The notes below the pieces were generated by a model that did no database searches, had not been told where the DNA came from, and saw only the letters and a program-made list of their open reading frames with translations. A stretch of 64,000 nt of DNA from Octopus sinensis. Its lineage: Eukaryota. Of the stretch, positions 13,834 through 27,535 are shown one piece after another (position 1 is the stretch's first letter; each line of letters opens with the position of its first letter). The stretch covers positions 69,998,001-70,062,000 of the forward strand of contig NC_043007.1 of the NCBI RefSeq assembly GCF_006345805.1. Reading direction: 5' to 3'. The position numbers and the translations under genes were made by a program.

Positions 13834-15059
13834 ACTGATGTGTAGCTATGAGGATTGAAAAGGGGACAAGCGAAATATCATGCTTGATTAATTTTTTTTT
13901 TTTTACATAACTTCTCAAAATTCAGAATAGTTTTGGTGGGAGACGGCATTTTCCAGTTTGAGGAGCACTGAAATATGTGATATCTCATCGTGCAAACAAA
14001 GTTCAATAGTGTGCTTTTGTGTCTGGCCACGACGAAATAATCATCACCAGACAGTAGCTGTTACAATGTAGCAACAAAACTCTATCATTATAGACAACAA
14101 AGAGCAAGAAATAAAACTAGAATTTCAAGAGAAATAATCACGATAATAGATGCCAATCAATCATTCACCAAGAATATAAACGAGGAAAACATTTACCTCA
14201 TTACTAGTATTACTGTCGTGGTATTTATTCTGGAAAAACATCTTTAATGGTCTATTGTCGCTGTGTTGCATAGAACTGAGGTCACTAAATACACACACAT
14301 ATCTGCATGCATTTATAAATCAGTTATACATTATTCATATACACATGCATACATGCATATTTACGCACGCACACACACGCGCACGTGTACAGAATTGTTT
14401 ATAAAAATAATCCCATTAGAGTTGGCAAAAGTGCATCTATGTATGCATGTATCTCTATACGTATGTATCTATATATGTATATATATATCTATGCGGTTGT
14501 GAGTGTGTATGTGTGTGTGTGTAGTTGCTGTGTCTCCATATTTTTGTGCAACAAACAATACCAATCCTATTCTTTACTAAGCACCATTAAAGTGTGTAAA
14601 CTTTTATTTGAAGATTGCTATTAATGAGAATATTGAAGTCGTGAGTACTTATAATACATTGACACATATAATCTCTTTCGAGACACCAATTATACAAATA
14701 TATATACATTGTTTAATGTACACAGTATGCAGTTAAAAGCTACTAATAGTTTCATACAATGGAGATAGGTTTTAACAACAGGTTTTAATAACATGCCTAG
14801 TATGTCCAAGCAATCTCAAGCTCTGAGCATATGGCCTATACAAGTTACAAATCGGGTCAATAGAACGAGAAAAATCATGAAAAGGACGAGACGGTGGATG
14901 CAGACATTTGAAGGGTGAAAGGAACGAGGGGGAAAAAAAAAGGAAGAATTAGAGTTGTGTCTCATTTGACCCTAAAGCCACAAAGCTAGTTGTTGTAGAA
15001 TCAACGGAGGTGGTCTAAAGCCTGCGATACAGCTGCTCAATCCGGATAGGGTGGTATTC

Positions 15060-15560
15060 TCCAATTCTCCAAAAGAAACTTGTCCTTATGTTAAGCATTT
15101 GCTGAAAATTTCTGATCTGGAATTCAGCAGTGCGGTGGAAATCTTAGATCTAAAAAGGATATGTGATCTTTCGGTTACGCATTACTTGCATTTCTTTTTA
15201 TCCATTAACCTATGACATGAATTTTTCTACGATTTTCCACTTGAGTGTATGTGGCATGAGTGTATGTATTGGTCTTCAAGACCAATACATGGCTAGCCAA
15301 CTTGTGTGGTTTTACTTTCGTTCATGTGCCAGAAAGACAGATGGTTAGCTTAACGTTTTCTGATGTCGCCTTCACATAACCCGATGTAATTCTTCTTTTT
15401 GATTAGGTTATCACATAACGTTGCTGTTACTTCTGCCTCATGTACGACGGAGTTTAATGTGTACGCCGGGTCAAGTGAGCAAGCTCCAGAGTTTCGAGAG
15501 TCTCAACAGTTAGAAATGCAACTGGGCGCTTGGTGGTATTTTCGGGTAATGTTGCTCTTC
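15060..15560 (-). mobile_element. Penelope-like element, GIY-YIG endonuclease relic
   Basis: Minus translation NSVVHEAEVT...KKNYIGLCEGDIRKR, then NHLSF..., then LNSRSEIFSKC, in the order typical of a PLE C-terminus. Confidence 0.65.
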
Positions 15561-15924
15561 ATATTGTGACAGTAGCTATATGATAATATAACGGTGATTT
15601 TCTGGGAAATGCTTATCTAAGAAACACAAGAATCTCTTACCTATGTTAGATTTAACATTTACGGGTGGAGCGGTGAACCAAATTATTTTCCTAAGTTTAT
15701 TCTTAGGTCTATTTTTACGATACATATTATTACTAGAAGGGTTGTAGTATATCTTATCTTCGTTTTGTGATGGGGACTATGTCGAATAAAATATTTGTTT
15801 AGAGGAAATATTACTCGACCAACAATTCGGCCTGTGTCAGTTAATGGAGAAAGAGTTATATCTACTTTTGAATTACTTTCGGACAACTCTTGTATGTGCA
15901 TTATATACATAGATATATTAAGGT

Positions 15925-16140
15925 AGCCAGCTGGTAGAATCGTTAGCATACCGTGCGAAATGCTTAGCCCAAGTTGAGTGTGGTGGCTTAGCGGCATTTC
16001 GTCCGTCTATACTTTCTGAGTTCAAATTCGCTTTGCCTTTCAATCTTTCGGGGTCGATGAAATAAGTACCTGTAGCGTGCTGGGAGGGATAAAATCGACT
16101 ATCCCCGCCACCTAAATTTCGGGCCTTGTGCCTTTAGTAG
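15925..16140 (+). mobile_element. SINE family A
   Basis: Collinear with the other copies, with a small internal insertion. Confidence 0.7.
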
Positions 16141-16319
16141 TAAGAATTACATACATACATACATAAATACATACATACATACATACATACATACATACAT
16201 ACATACATACATACATACATACATGCATACGTATTGTACACATACACACACGTCATCCATCTTTCGGTTGCTTCACACATGAGACTCCTGTCATACCGGG
16301 GCACTGCCTCAAAGAATTT

Positions 16320-16488
16320 TAGTGGAACGAATAGACCCAAGTACTTATTACTTTCTAAGCGTGGTATTTATTCTATCGCTTTACCTTTTCCGAACAGCTA
16401 AGTTACGAGGACGTAAACTCACCAACATCGGTTATCAAAAGGTTTATGAGGAGCGGGGCAAAAACAGACACAAAGTCACACACACACA

Positions 16489-16490
<2 letters not shown>
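16320..16490 (-). mobile_element. SINE family B 3' module
   Basis: GACCCAAGTACTTATT...GAACAGCTAAGTTACGAGGACGTAAAC..CATCGGTT matches the reverse of the family B tail. Confidence 0.65.
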
Positions 16491-16525
<35 letters not shown>

Positions 16526-17615
16526 GGGGAGTCTTACCAACAACTTTGGGGAGTGACCATGGGAACGAGAATGGGTCCCCAACTATGCAAATCTGCTTGT
16601 TGGCTACGTTGAGGCCCAAATATTTTCAAGATTCACTGGTTCCACTCCCGAACTATACGGTCGTTATATTGATGACTGTATCGGTGCGTGAACAACTAGA
16701 CTCCTTCTCCCATTTTGTCCAATCCTTCCATCCTGCCCTCGAATTCGCCTGCACCATTTCCAACACTTCCGTCGCCTTTCTCGATATTTCAGTCAACATA
16801 CACCACTCCACTCTCATCACTCCCCTCTGCTACAAACACACCGACTCACACTCATACCTCAACTTCTCCTCCTCCCACCCTACCCACACCTAGCTCTCTA
16901 TCTCCTACTCCCAGTTCCTCCGTCTGCACAGGATCTGCAGTGACAATCATGACTTTGAGACTCAGTCTCAACTCATGGCTCGCCACTTCATCCTTCGTGG
17001 ATATCCCCTCACTACTACCCATACCCACTAGCCAGAGCATGTTCTGTCGATCGTGCATCTGCCCTCTCTCCCTGCACCCGCCTCGCCGTTACCGTATCCA
17101 GTTCCCCTCACCTACCATCCCTCCACCCTGCCACTCCATTATCCGAGCTTTCTGGCGACTCCAGTCCGACCCCTCCACTTCGCACATCTTCCCCAACTTA
17201 CCCCACCCTTCCTTCAAACGATTCCACGACCTACGTGTCCTCCTGGTCCACAGTTTCTTCCCCAGCCCCACCTCTCAACCTGGCTCGTTCCCTTGCTTTC
17301 ACCCACGTTGCCGCACTTGCTCATACCTCACCAACACCACCATCCTCACAGGCACCCATCATCGTCCCTATTATTTCACTGATTGCTTTACATGCACTTC
17401 TACCATGTAGAACAGACGGTCAGTAGCGACGCCAGCTGGGTTCGGCTATTCTACATTGATAAGGGGCAAATACCCTGAAACTAGTCTGTAGATACCAGAT
17501 CAGCAAGGGAAAGCGGCTGACTTCCACTGTTCGAAGGTTATAATGGACACAGGTTCGTGCTGGCCTCGTGCTGGCATTCATCCTATTTTTCTGGACTGCC
17601 ATGTTAGCTTGGCGA
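16526..17615 (+). mobile_element. Penelope-like retroelement fragment (RT, Cys-linker, terminal repeat)
   Basis: GESYQQLWGVTMGTRMGPNYANLLVG, YGRYIDDCIG, FLDISV, YKHTDSHSYLNFSSSHP, SQFLRLHRICS, FPCFHPRCRTC (PLE Cys linker). Frameshifted. A hammerhead-like motif follows at 17450. Confidence 0.9.
17450..17492 (+). ncRNA. Decayed minimal type I hammerhead ribozyme at the PLE terminus
   Basis: TCTACA-TTGATAA-GGGG caaata CCCT-GAAA-CTAG-TC-TGTAGA: 6-bp helix I, 4-bp helix II, palindromic helix III (ACTAGT), GUC site. Core carries C3U, G8A and C11.1U. Confidence 0.65.
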
Positions 17616-17645
17616 TAACTATTAATATCTATCTATCTATCTATC

Positions 17646-17701
<56 letters not shown>

Positions 17702-17710
17702 GTCTGTCTT

Positions 17711-17803
<93 letters not shown>

Positions 17804-18745
17804 TTATCTATCTATATATATATATCTATCTATCAATCTATCTATCTATCTGTGTGTGTGTTTGAAAATGTGTCTGCACAAATGACAATTTGATGTGCTT
17901 GCTTTACTATTTATCATCCCTTTCAGCTCTACATTAACGAAGGACTTTATTATCGTCTCTTCATTATTTATAGCATTATCGTTTTTTCACTAATCACACA
18001 CATAAACATTTACATACACACCATCACACGTAAGCATTCACATACATTTGCACAACTACATCCACACGCATATACACATACACACACACACACACACAAA
18101 CGTCCCAATATGTTCACTTGCTCATTTCTACGCAAGGCAACTGAGATATGGAAAATATGAACGCCATGTCACGTATTTGCGTATTTATTCATACATACAT
18201 ACACACATACACACACATACACATCACACACACACGGACGTGTATACACACATGCACACGCATACACACACATTAAAGTTTTTATTGAGTAAATCGATAG
18301 ACTTCAATAGTCGCTGTTCTAATTAAATTTGATTAATTTATAGAATTAATGACGCTGAAATCCATGGATTTACTCCATATAAAGTGGTGTATTAAAAATA
18401 AGCATTACTAATTTATTTAAGCGAACAAAATGTCAAAAATGCATAAAATATTCGTATGCTTGTATTTGGTTTAATAAAACATCTAATGCCAGAGAGTCCG
18501 AATACTATTGCACATTGGTCAGTTTAGAGCAGAGAATGTGATTGTTGTGTAAAGCATAAGAGTTATTATCGTCAAAGTGATCTCTGTTATTCGCTATCGA
18601 CTAGGCGTAACATCAGTCTACGAGTGACTAATGCATCTAAAGTGATTTTCATTCCATTTTTTGCTTGCACTCTTGCCATATATCCATAGATACTCATAGC
18701 AAGGTATTGTAGTATGAAAAAAAACAAACACTGCTAATGTGTCAG

Positions 18746-18795
<50 letters not shown>

Positions 18796-19003
18796 GTTCA
18801 AGTGTAGAAAAAACAAAAGAGGAAGACAGGTGTAGGAAAAACAAAGCAGGTGTATTAGTTTAATGCTCGGGAAAATGGGAAAGTCTTTTACGTTTCTTCG
18901 TCAGAAAGGTGTAAGAGGAAAAAATGGAGAGAGAATTAAAAAAAAAAAACCGAAAAAGGAAAAATCAGTGTAGAGTTCAGCGTTCGAACATGGCGTATAT
19001 ATA

Positions 19004-19036
<33 letters not shown>

Positions 19037-19119
19037 ATATCTATATATATATATCTATATATATATTATATATATATATATATACACACATATATATATA
19101 TGTATGTATGTATATATAT

Positions 19120-19340
19120 ATGTGTGTGTCTTTGTGCCTCGGTTTGTCCTCCAACACCGCTTGATAACTGGTGTTGGTGTGCTTACGTCAGTGTTACCTA
19201 GCTGTTCGGTAAAAGAAAGCGATAGTGTAAAGTACTAGGCTTAAAATATAAGTCCTGGGACCGATTTGTTCGACTAAAACCCTCCAGTGCGATGCGCCAG
19301 CGAGACCGTAGTCAAATGACTGAAACAAGTAAAGGATAAA
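19120..19340 (+). mobile_element. SINE family B 3' half
   Basis: Tail module ending GTCAAATGACTGAAACAAGTAAAGG. Confidence 0.75.
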
Positions 19341-19439
19341 AGGTGTGTGTATGTGTGTGTGTAGACATTTTAATAGTAAAATGCCTTTCTAATTAAAGGA
19401 GATACCTCTGAGAAGTACTCAGACTCATTTAGAGTTGTT

Positions 19440-19690
19440 TTGTAATATCAGAGGCCTTAAAATGGGGATTATATTCAACAATACGCTCGACAGCTTGAAG
19501 ACACTTGTCAAAGGCCACGGGTCGACTTGAACGAGATGCTGTTGATTTCTTTCCTTTGCTGGTGAATTGTACATTCACTCTGTTGACTGTGGCAAGAGGA
19601 ATCTTAACGTTTTATGCAATGTTACAGTGGCTACGTCCACTCTCAGATTGACCTACGATACACCCCCCTTGAAAATCAGACACCTCTTTT
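19440..19690 (-). mobile_element. Tc1-type transposase N-terminal (HTH) relic
   Basis: [46 protein letters not shown]...VERIVEYNP, with the GRPR-like linker. Confidence 0.6.
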
Positions 19691-19747
19691 GCTTCTGGTC
19701 ATCATGGCATGGCTAGTTACTATGAACTATCGATATATTGTAATCTT

Positions 19748-19926
19748 AAGGCGGCGAACTAGCAGAATCGTTAGCACGACGAGCAAAATACTTAACGGCA
19801 TTTCGTCTGTCTTTACGCCCTGAGTTCAAATTCTGTCTTCTCAGGGTACCAGTTTAGTACTGGAATCTATGTAATCGATTTATCCACTCCTCTGGAATTA
19901 CTGGCCTTCTACAAAAATTTGAAAGT
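19748..19926 (+). mobile_element. SINE family A, internally deleted
   Basis: Head GGCGGCGAACTAGCAGAATCGTTAGCACG; tail ...AAAATTTGAAAG. Confidence 0.7.
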
Positions 19927-20659
19927 AATATGCTGCAATATTAAATAGAAAACATTAACAAGTTAGAAGCACCAAGTGGTTTCTGCACACATAAAACGAT
20001 ATAAAACGCGTGTCTATTTACTTTTGACGTGTCTGTGTCTACGATGTAGAGGCTCTGTCTTTTTTGTACTTGTCTCATTCTGTCCTTCATATCCGAGCAA
20101 CGTTTTGGTGTTTACGCCACCGAATTGAACAATATTATCGATTACGTATCGAAATTGTGATGATTTTTGGTCGAAACACATGATAGACGAGCGTGTACAC
20201 GTTCTAGTATGTTCTTTTTCTTTCTGCTTTTGTATGTTCGTTTGTCATCTTTCCATGCAGCACTTTACTATTGTATATATATATATATATATATATAAGT
20301 GTGTGTGTGTGATCTCATAAATTAATTCCCTGGAGCCGCTTGAAACGGCCGCAATGAACTGATACCTGTACATCTTTGTTACTTATTTATATTCTGTTCA
20401 CCTGACTTAAAAATCTGCCCTTCGGAAATACTATAGAAAGTACCTTTATATAAAAAGTACATGTCTGAATTACCAAGAGCGGATATCTTCACTTAGCTGG
20501 GTTGAGTTGTCTGCGCACATGACAGGAATATTAAGGACAAAAACCCCTAGACGGACTCTTGAAATTCAATATTCAAATAATATTGTTGAGGTGTGCGGCC
20601 TATATTGAACTAGCAAGGTACCTCAATTTAAATGCCTAATTCAGCTGAATCTTAATTAT

Positions 20660-20722
20660 ATTTCTATATGTATGTATGCATGTATGTATGCATGCACGCA
20701 TGTATGTATGTATGTATGTATG

Positions 20723-20753
<31 letters not shown>

Positions 20754-20813
20754 GTATGTATGTATGTATGTATGTATGTATGTATGTACGTACGTATATA
20801 TGTATGTACGCAC

Positions 20814-20844
<31 letters not shown>

Positions 20845-21010
20845 TATATGTATGCATATATGTATGTATGTGTGTGTGTATGTATGTACGTATACATGTA
20901 TGTATGTGTGTGTATGTATGTATTTGTGTATGTATGTATGTATGTACGTACGTACGTATGTATGTATGTATGTATATATGTATTTATGTATGTGGTGTGT
21001 GTACACGCGC
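20660..21010. repeat. (TATG)n microsatellite with variants
   Basis: Seen directly. It is the source of several spurious YVCM/IHTY ORFs. Confidence 0.95.
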
Positions 21011-21194
21011 GCGTGCGTTCGTGTTTGCGCATGTGTGTATGTTTTTCCCTTTGTCTTGCTTCGTCTATTCATGGTTATGCTTTTCGCCAAACGATATTAG
21101 AAATATTATTTTCTAAATAAAACATAAAAATTTGCAAGCTACATGAAATGTGTATATGGACTTTAACCAATAACTCGGACACGCTCTAATTGCC

Positions 21195-21512
21195 GCTTAT
21201 ATGCCACCGGTGTTATCCCTTCTCCACGCTACCGATGTTATCCTAGAGAAAGGCAAAGGCCGATACAGCTTGGCACCTAGAATGTTCCCCTCCTAAGCAC
21301 AAGTCTGGACAAGGTTGTTTACGAAAGACCAGCAGTCACCCATGCATACCAGCCTCCCTTCTCCACGTCACCAATGTTATCCAAGGGATACAGCTTGGCG
21401 CAGTAACGTTGCAAAGTGTCTTGCTCCAGAACACAACATATAACCCGGTCCGGGAATCGAACTAACTACCTAATGATTATGAGCCCGATGCACTAACCAC
21501 TGAGCCATGCGC
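21195..21512 (-). mobile_element. tRNA-headed SINE family C (CORE-like segment, internal repeats)
   Basis: Minus head GCGCATGGCTCAGTGGTTAG (A box)...GTTCGATTCCCGGACC (B box), followed by GAGCAAGACACTTT. Internal duplication CTTCTCCACG..ATGTTATCC..GATACAGCTTGGC. Confidence 0.7.
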
Positions 21513-22409
21513 ATGTGCGTGCGCGCATGCGCATGTGTTTGTCTGTCTGTAAAGAAAAATGGATGTGGAAAAGTTTCGTAAAGAGTCTTTTGCACAATTG
21601 TAATCTCTGCTATTCAAAGTCTAGTAATCCGAAAATGGATTAAACCATAAATAAATAAACGTCAGCGAAGGTGAATGATTTGCTATTTTGAAACAATCAT
21701 TTATTTGTTTCCGTGATTTATGAAAATCAGATTTTTGTATTGTTTATTTTTGCTCCTTTTTGCAAACTGGTCATCATAACGCCTCTTCCTTCAACTCTTC
21801 TGCGACGGAAGTATTTGAAAACAGAAAAAAAAGAAAATAAAAGAAAAAAAAAGGTTTAAATATCGATAAAAATATTATTCCATTCAAAGAATTGCTATCT
21901 TTTCCTCAAAATATACAGACTTTGTAAAATGGATATTTTTTCTGTTTCCAACCGAATAATATTATCTAATGCTGGTTTCTGTAGATAAAACTTGTAAAGC
22001 TTACTAAAATGGAATCCATAGAAATATGTTAGTCTTTTTATTTATACTTTGTCTTTAATTTTCGACTCCATAGTTGATCATGTTTCATATAACTTGTACA
22101 TTATGGAGGCACAAACTCACACGAATCCCAAGTTGTTAAAACATATTTATTAAAATGCATATTGATTTCTAACATAGACAGAAGAAATTTTCGGGAGAGT
22201 AAGGTGCAGCCAAATTATATTGATTCATGTATTTATATTAATTAACATTTATTTTAACAACCTCTGACAGAACTCCCTCCTCAATCTCGGCTGATTTCGT
22301 ATCTGAGGAATTTCAATCATGTTTCGTGGTCTGCTACCACAACAGCTCCTTTATAGGATCCAGTTAAGTCAAGACATCGTCAGGAGGAACCACGTCCGGT
22401 TTCAGCTCC

Positions 22410-22668
22410 TACTCCTCTACAGTTTTGACGTGGCTGTAGCATCGCCTTTAGTCGACCCCAGGACTTATTTTTTGAAAGCCTGGTACTTATTCTATCGGTC
22501 AGTTTTGCTGAACCGCTAAGTTTCGGGGACCTAAATGCACAACATCAGTTGTCGAGCGATGGCGGGGCGACACACATACACACACATACACACACACATA
22601 CACACACACATACACACACACACATACACACACACACACTCACACACTCACACACACACACACACACA

Positions 22669-22731
<63 letters not shown>

Positions 22732-22891
22732 ACATATATATATATGCAGGCTTCCTTCAGTTCCGTTTACCAAATCCATGCATAAGGTTTTGTTCAGCCT
22801 GAGGCTATAGTAGAAGTGCCACGCGGTGAGACTGAACCTGGAACCATGTGGTTGGGAAGCAAGCTTCTTACCACACAGTCACGCCTGCGCC
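22410..22891 (-). mobile_element. SINE family B with expanded (CA)n
   Basis: Minus head GGCGCAGGCGTGACTGTGTGGTAAGAAGCTTGC. Confidence 0.85.
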
Positions 22892-22897
22892 TATATA

Positions 22898-22956
<59 letters not shown>

Positions 22957-24382
22957 AGCGACACCAATGCTTGCTGTGGTACTGATTTTCTATATATTGT
23001 TAAAGGGGAGTTGAGACGCAGTTATTTCTAGCGGTCAAGCGTGCGTCATCAATGAGACCAACGAAAGTCAAAATCATGTGATTTGATGCCCTCGGTGCTG
23101 AAAATGGTGGGGATTTACTTCCCCGCTAGCAATATAAACACGCGTGCATTTTGCATCAAAAGCCTATGTTAGAGTTTCTCTCATGGTATCTATCACAGTT
23201 TAGTTTGTTCTGACTGAATATCTACGTTTAAGTGGGGATACATATTATCTCTAAGTATTAATACTACCTCTGTCGCTAATATATAGTAAATATAAAGTCT
23301 TGTTTATCAGTGATGGAGCTATCTATATACGAATGATAAATCTGTAAATGTAATACTGGTAAAATAACGAAACATGTAAATGAAGCCTCAGCATGAAAAG
23401 AAACCATAAAATATCTTTATTCAAAGATCAATTTATATCATTCTTTTCTGCTATACCATAAAATTAGTCTGCTTTATCTTGTTTATATTAATTTTTCTTC
23501 ACATATTGTTTCGTTATTAAGAATAATTCTCTAATAAATACTTCTTTCGTCTGCAAATATGCTTCAAATATCACAAAGAACAGCGAAATTAACAGCCTGA
23601 AAAAAGTATGCTTAACGGAAAATGAAATTATTAATTCTTTATTATCCTTAAAGAAACTCGAAAATCACGTGAGGAAATCAATTAAAATGTTGGTAACCTT
23701 TAATGTTTGACTAATTGATCAAACTCTAATCAATAATGTTCCCCTTTTTAATATTCTCACATGAACACTCAGGAGACAGGTTGTCTTACTTTAGATAAAT
23801 TCTTTTAAATTAATTTCAAAATCGATACCAGTGTTTTTCTAAATAAATATTCAAAATTGGACTTTAGCAATTCAGTAGTAGACAAATAATCAAGACAAAT
23901 TATCAGCACAGTTGTGTCCATTAAGAAACAAGTGTATTGATATTTGGCTTTCAATTATTGTGGATTTTAACGCAGGGAAACATTTGCAAACACAATGTCC
24001 ACAATATTAGACGCAGTTATGAATATTTCTTATCTTCTAATCTGAAGAAAGACAAAAATGTTCTAAAATTCTGTAGATCTAATTGTAACAGTATTTGAGA
24101 CTAATTATATACCAGGGAAACATTTTAAATTTAATGGTTTATATTAAATTAGAGTCACCAGCTTTTAGGATGATGAAGAAATTTTTACATAGAAATCACT
24201 ACTTCATTTTCTTACAAAAAAAAAAATAATAAAGAAGCTTCTGAAATGAAGATAACAAAAGTATTAGGCGCTTGCCATTAAATAAAAAGAAAAGAAAAGA
24301 AAAGAAAAAAAGCTTATTGAATAACAACTCACAGTTTGCGAGATTCGGGTCAACGGTTAGAATTTAGTTGTGTTCCCCATAC

Positions 24383-24512
24383 AGAACTTTTATGCTTCGG
24401 TTTATCTTTTTGTGAGGAAAAGCACGGGTATCAGTGTAGAGACTAAAGGGTTCGTAACTGCAGCGCATAATGATGGCCTCCTCAACAGAGAGTTTCTCAA
24501 TTACGTAGCAAT
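24383..24512 (-). CDS. Candidate exon, strand ambiguous: (-) CYVIEKLSVEEAIIMRCSYEPF...IKV; the in-register (+) frame NFYASVYLFVRKSTG... is also open
   Basis: Locally GC-elevated, RNY codon pattern. Minus acceptor ttttcttctcgatAG with donor CT|GTATGG; plus acceptor tgttccccatacAG. No recognised homology. Confidence 0.3.
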
Positions 24513-24850
24513 CTATCGAGAAGAAAATCTGTTTCTTATTTGCATAACACAGCAGAAACCTATGCTACGTAACAGTTTTATCAATTCTTGATGGTAAGGT
24601 AAAATTAGCTTCGAAGTGAGTAGGCGTTGAATCTTATTTGTTATACTTTCTAGCCCTTAAAGAAAATCTATATAACCTTGATTTCTTTGTTTTTTCTTTG
24701 ATATCAGTACATACCTGTTGCAGAACCTTCTTAAAGATTGTGGGACTTTCTTCTAAAACCATCGAAAAACTACATCTTTATCTTCTTATCAACTTTAGCT
24801 TATCAGTTTATCAGTAATTCCATTTATCGGAAAGTAAAATATTTATGCCT

Positions 24851-24938
<88 letters not shown>

Positions 24939-25378
24939 ATGTATGTATATAAATGTAGTAGTTAATATAAAATCATTTTGATCTTTTGTGTGTTTCAGTA
25001 TTCGAACTAGGAATGTCAAGTAGGTAAATCCAACATCCTATCGATTTTTCCACTTGCAACGTCTATACAAGTACTTAAGCAAACGCGCAGGTTAGAGTAT
25101 CTAAGGCCAAATCTAACAAATCATGGAGATTGTGGTGTTTTAGCGAACGAGGGAATTTCTACGTGGTTGCGCGACCTACCAACAATAGCAGCCAAATCTC
25201 ACCCAACCATAAAAAGCCCAAACATCAGAATACATACGTGCACACACAGTCTCTCTCTCTCACACACACACACTCACACACACACACAATCACACACACG
25301 CACTCACACACACACTCACACACACACACGCATATATACATAGGTAAGCAGAGTTAGCTTAGCGGTATTTCGTCTGAT

Positions 25379-25679
25379 GGCGGCGAGCTAGCAGAAGCGT
25401 TAGCACACCGGGCGAAATGCTTTGCGGTACTTCGTCTGCCGTTACGTTGTGAGTTCAAATTCTATGTTTAGCCCCTTGTGGGTAATAAAGAAATAGATAT
25501 TTTGTCTGTTGTTACGTTCTGAGTTCAAATTCCGCCGAGGTCGACTTTGCCTTTCATCCTTTCGGGGTCGATAAATAAAGTACCAGTTTCGCACTGGGGT
25601 CAATGTAATCGACTTAATCCCTTTGTCAGGCCTTGTTTGTCCCCTCTATGTTTAGCCTCTTGTGGGCAATAAAGAAATA
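25379..25679 (+). mobile_element. Two tandem partial SINE family A copies
   Basis: Head plus tail lacking the middle (25379-25498), then a 5'-truncated copy with an intact body and tail. Confidence 0.8.
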
Positions 25680-26199
25680 TATAATAACAGACTAAGGGAT
25701 AAAATAACCGAATCGGCTGGAACGTATGAAGAATGAATAAATACGCTATTGCTTTGTTTTTATCTATTGTTATTAAGGTAATAAACATCTTTCTTTTGAA
25801 AATTAGTATTCATTTAATCACCTTGTATAAGCAGCAAGAAATTTGATAAAGGGTAAATTATAATTATTGTATCTATGCCATATTTTCGAATATCGCCAAA
25901 GTCACACCTTTTTTTACAGCATAAAAGAAATTAGGTCATCATGTATTGATCTGGCAATAAGAACTACCATCATTTCCCTAATGTCAGAGTGACCAAATTA
26001 TGCCATTAGGGAGAAATATGAGAGAAAGGAACTCGGCTTATTTAATAAATGACTATGTTATGTAATGAATCCCACAAAGTCACTTTTTATGATAACTTAC
26101 GTTCTGTTATGCTAAAAGTCACCTTTAAGGCTTTGTAACTGTTCCGATTTTGATACTCGGTCTGGTGTGATTGGCATCCATAAATAGAATAAATACAAA

Positions 26200-26720
26200 G
26201 GTCTGCATCTGCTGTATATTTATAACATACGACTTCTCTATCACCAACGTACTGTTCAACTAACTAGAGAATCACAAAGCAACTTTGATGCTTCCTCGGT
26301 CCAAAGATAAGTATTTAATTGACTACATAATCACCCGAAGACGTAACAGAATGGATGTTCTTGTCATTCGTTCATTCTATGGTACCCATTTGCTACCAGA
26401 CTCCTTGTCGTGCGGTAAAATATCTCTCTGAATTTCAAATAACGATATCAAAATATCAAAGCTTCTAGATGTATAAATGTCAAATCAATCAACGTTGGAG
26501 AATTCACAGGTAAATTAGATGCAACTCTGTCGAGTGTAAATATCAGAAAAGGTATAGATTTGTTGGAGAGATGTCTCAGACAAGCGACATATTTGGCTTT
26601 CTTTGCGATACTTGGTTTGGCTAACCGAGATGGGCTCGGCTAGAACAGCCTTGAAATAAAGTCTGCCCCATATTGCACTCTGAGCATAGTCGGAACGTTG
26701 GATGTTTAGACGAGACACTT
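26200..26720 (+). mobile_element. RTE-clade LINE, APE endonuclease relic
   Basis: NHKATLMLPRSKDKYLIDYIITRRRNRMDVLVIRSF matches the RTE-type HPRSKHWHLIDYVIVRRRD motif. Confidence 0.7.
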
Positions 26721-26729
26721 AGCTTTAAA

Positions 26730-27535
26730 AAAAGCTACTACAAGAAGTTACTATTAGTTGAAAGCAAACTGAAATACATTAAAACAATCTTGAATCGAGA
26801 AAAAACTAATTAAAAATAATATCATACTAAAGGAACTGAAATAAAGAAACTAGACCAAAGCCAGACATACAAATACTTAGAAACCAATGAACTAAACGCA
26901 CAAATGAAAGTTAAAAAGGGAATATTATAGATGAACTAGGCTAATTTATCAAAGCAGAGATAAATGCAAAAAAAAAAAAAAAGATAATAGGCGTTAATAG
27001 TCTAGTTGTCCTAGTTTATAATATTTTCACACGAAACTAAATGAAGTAGTAAGACTAGGCAAGAAAATAAGGAAAATAATGACTGCATTTAGAATACACC
27101 ACCCAAAATCTGACATAGAAAGGTTATACATAGAGCGTATTGAAGGTGGTATAGGCCTTACACAACTAGAAAACTACTGTAAGATATCAACCATAGGACT
27201 GCAGAATTATCTATTTCAGAATCAAGGAAAACATGCAAATAACTACAAAGCACGAACAAAACAAGAAACTGTTTTCCGTCTTCAAGAAAGCTAAAATATA
27301 AAACGGGCCGGATTAACTTATTGATATGACGAAAAATTTGAACAACAAGATACCATGATAAAGTAATGGCAAGAAAGGTTCCTACATGGATAATACAGGA
27401 ATAAAATGAACAGAATTGAAATAGATAAAGTTAAATCCCAACACTGGTTGAGAAATGCGGGTATCAGTGCAGAGATTGAAGGGCTCATAACTGCTTCGCC
27501 AGAAACCACAAAAATACATTGTCATCTATTAAGAC
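26730..27535 (+). mobile_element. R4/Dong LINE relic (post-RT region)
   Basis: TYKYLE..., HHPKSDIERLYIERIEGGIGLTQLE, QHWLRNAGISAEIEGLITA. Confidence 0.85.

Noticed and set aside
14196-14228. 33-nt minus-strand micro-exon (NKYHDSNTSNE) with canonical sites
   Set aside because: Too short to distinguish from chance without RNA data.
16715-17410. 231-aa Ser/Pro/Thr-rich ORF as a host gene
   Set aside because: It is mostly an out-of-frame reading of the C-rich Penelope relic. Only its last part is in the PLE frame.
22325-22365. Hairpin GTGGT/ACCAC followed by GAAACATG (hammerhead-like)
   Set aside because: The CUGANGA core and helix I are missing.
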